From: an uncultured Planctomycetia bacterium
GTDB lineage: Bacteria; Omnitrophota; Gorgyraeia; Duberdicusellales; CBEUCJ01
Reading direction: 5' to 3'
Assembly: GCA_964397495.1 (NCBI GenBank)
Contig: CAYNIO010000001.1
Location: 1 to 27,082, forward strand
DNA length: 27,082 bases
Below are positions 26,421 to 27,082 of the stretch, piece by piece; the stretch's first letter is position 1, and each line of letters starts with the position of its first letter. The position numbers and the translations under genes are program-made. A model generated the notes under the pieces. The model did no database searches. It saw only the letters and a program-made list of their open reading frames with translations, and was not told the origin of the DNA.

Positions 26421-27082
26421 CTTATCTTAAGGGTTGAGAGGGCTATTACTGCTAAAATAGCAGAGATTATCCAGAAGCGCACGATTATCTTGGGCTCTTC
26501 CCACCCACGGGCCTGAAAATGGTGATGCAAGGGGGCAATCTTAAAAATCCTCTTATTAAAAAAATTGAAACTTATAATCTGCAAAATCACAGAAAGTGTC
26601 TCTGCCACAAAAATACCGCCTGCGATGAACAACAACATCTCTTTTCTTATAAGGATGCTCACGCACCCCAACATCCCTCCTAAAGCCAGAGAACCTGTGT
26701 CGCCCAGAAATACCTGGGCAGGGAAGCAGTTATACCAAAGAAATCCTAAGACCGCCCCGAGAAAAGAACTCAAAAATACACTTAATTCTCCTGCACCCTC
26801 TACATAAGGAAGGAAAAGATACCCCGAGAAAAGAAAATGGCCGGTAATATAACTAAGCACACCCAAAACTAGGACTACAAAAAGCATACTGCCTGCGGCC
26901 AACCCATCAAGGCCATCTGTAAGATTGACAGCGTTGGACGAACCCATAACTACCAGCAGAGAAAAGACGATATACCCTACGCCTAAAAAGACGACATCCT
27001 TGGTAAAAGGCAGAGTGAGATAAGGTCCTATTTGAGGATGGTTGTAGGCATAAAGAGCTACTGCTATTCCCACCCCAGCCTG
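26417..27082 (-). CDS. mraY: Phospho-N-acetylmuramoyl-pentapeptide transferase; 5' part lies outside the window
   Basis: The frame is open to the window edge. NAVNLTDGLDGLA, GFLWYN.FPAQVFLGDTGSLALG, APLHHHF, KIIVRFW; stop overlaps the murD start (ATGA). Confidence 0.96.
   Translation of the reverse strand, partial: QAGVGIAVALYAYNHPQIGPYLTLPFTKDVVFLGVGYIVFSLLVVMGSSNAVNLTDGLDGLAAGSMLFVVLVLGVLSYITGHFLFSGYLFLPYVEGAGELSVFLSSFLGAVLGFLWYNCFPAQVFLGDTGSLALGGMLGCVSILIRKEMLLFIAGGIFVAETLSVILQIISFNFFNKRIFKIAPLHHHFQARGWEEPKIIVRFWIISAILAVIALSTLKIR

Noticed and set aside
1-27082. Genome-wide reassignment of TAG to a sense codon
   Set aside because: Only one internal TAG was found in about 26 kb of coding sequence, and TAG ends ileS, lspA, ftsA, murD and pilB copy 2 at plausible C-termini.
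1-27082. tRNA, rRNA, CRISPR arrays, IS elements, integrases or long tandem repeats
   Set aside because: None seen; coding sequence fills nearly the whole window and the short gaps contain no such structures by eye.

Overview
A gene-dense, AT-rich (roughly 40% GC by eye) bacterial chromosomal window in which every supported gene is on the minus strand. In transcription order (high to low coordinates): mraY (5'-truncated), murD, ftsW, murG, a 41-codon ORF, murC, murB, ddl, ftsQ, ftsA, [135-bp gap], proC, mtnP, ileS, dksA/traR-family, lspA, rluD, aroA, mreB, [52-bp gap], mrdA, rodA, a radical SAM gene broken by one in-frame TAG, a stand-alone MshEN/GspE-N protein, two tandem PilB/GspE ATPases, and a receiver-like/HD-GYP protein that runs off the window end and is missing from the ORF track. 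Gene order and protein styles suggest a PVC-superphylum organism, probably Omnitrophota (inference, not a database result). Main observations: (1) no ftsZ after ftsA; the gap holds a short YggS-like remnant overlapping a sigma70-like promoter; (2) no mreC/mreD between mreB and mrdA; (3) eroded catalytic or nucleotide-binding motifs in FtsA and MurB; (4) a coupled four-gene pilus-ATPase operon in which the best c-di-GMP-type MshEN motif is on a separate small protein, not on the ATPases; (5) three promoter-like motifs placed so that transcripts would be leaderless or nearly so. I saw no RNA genes, CRISPR arrays or mobile elements. All family assignments come from motif recognition by eye, not from searches.
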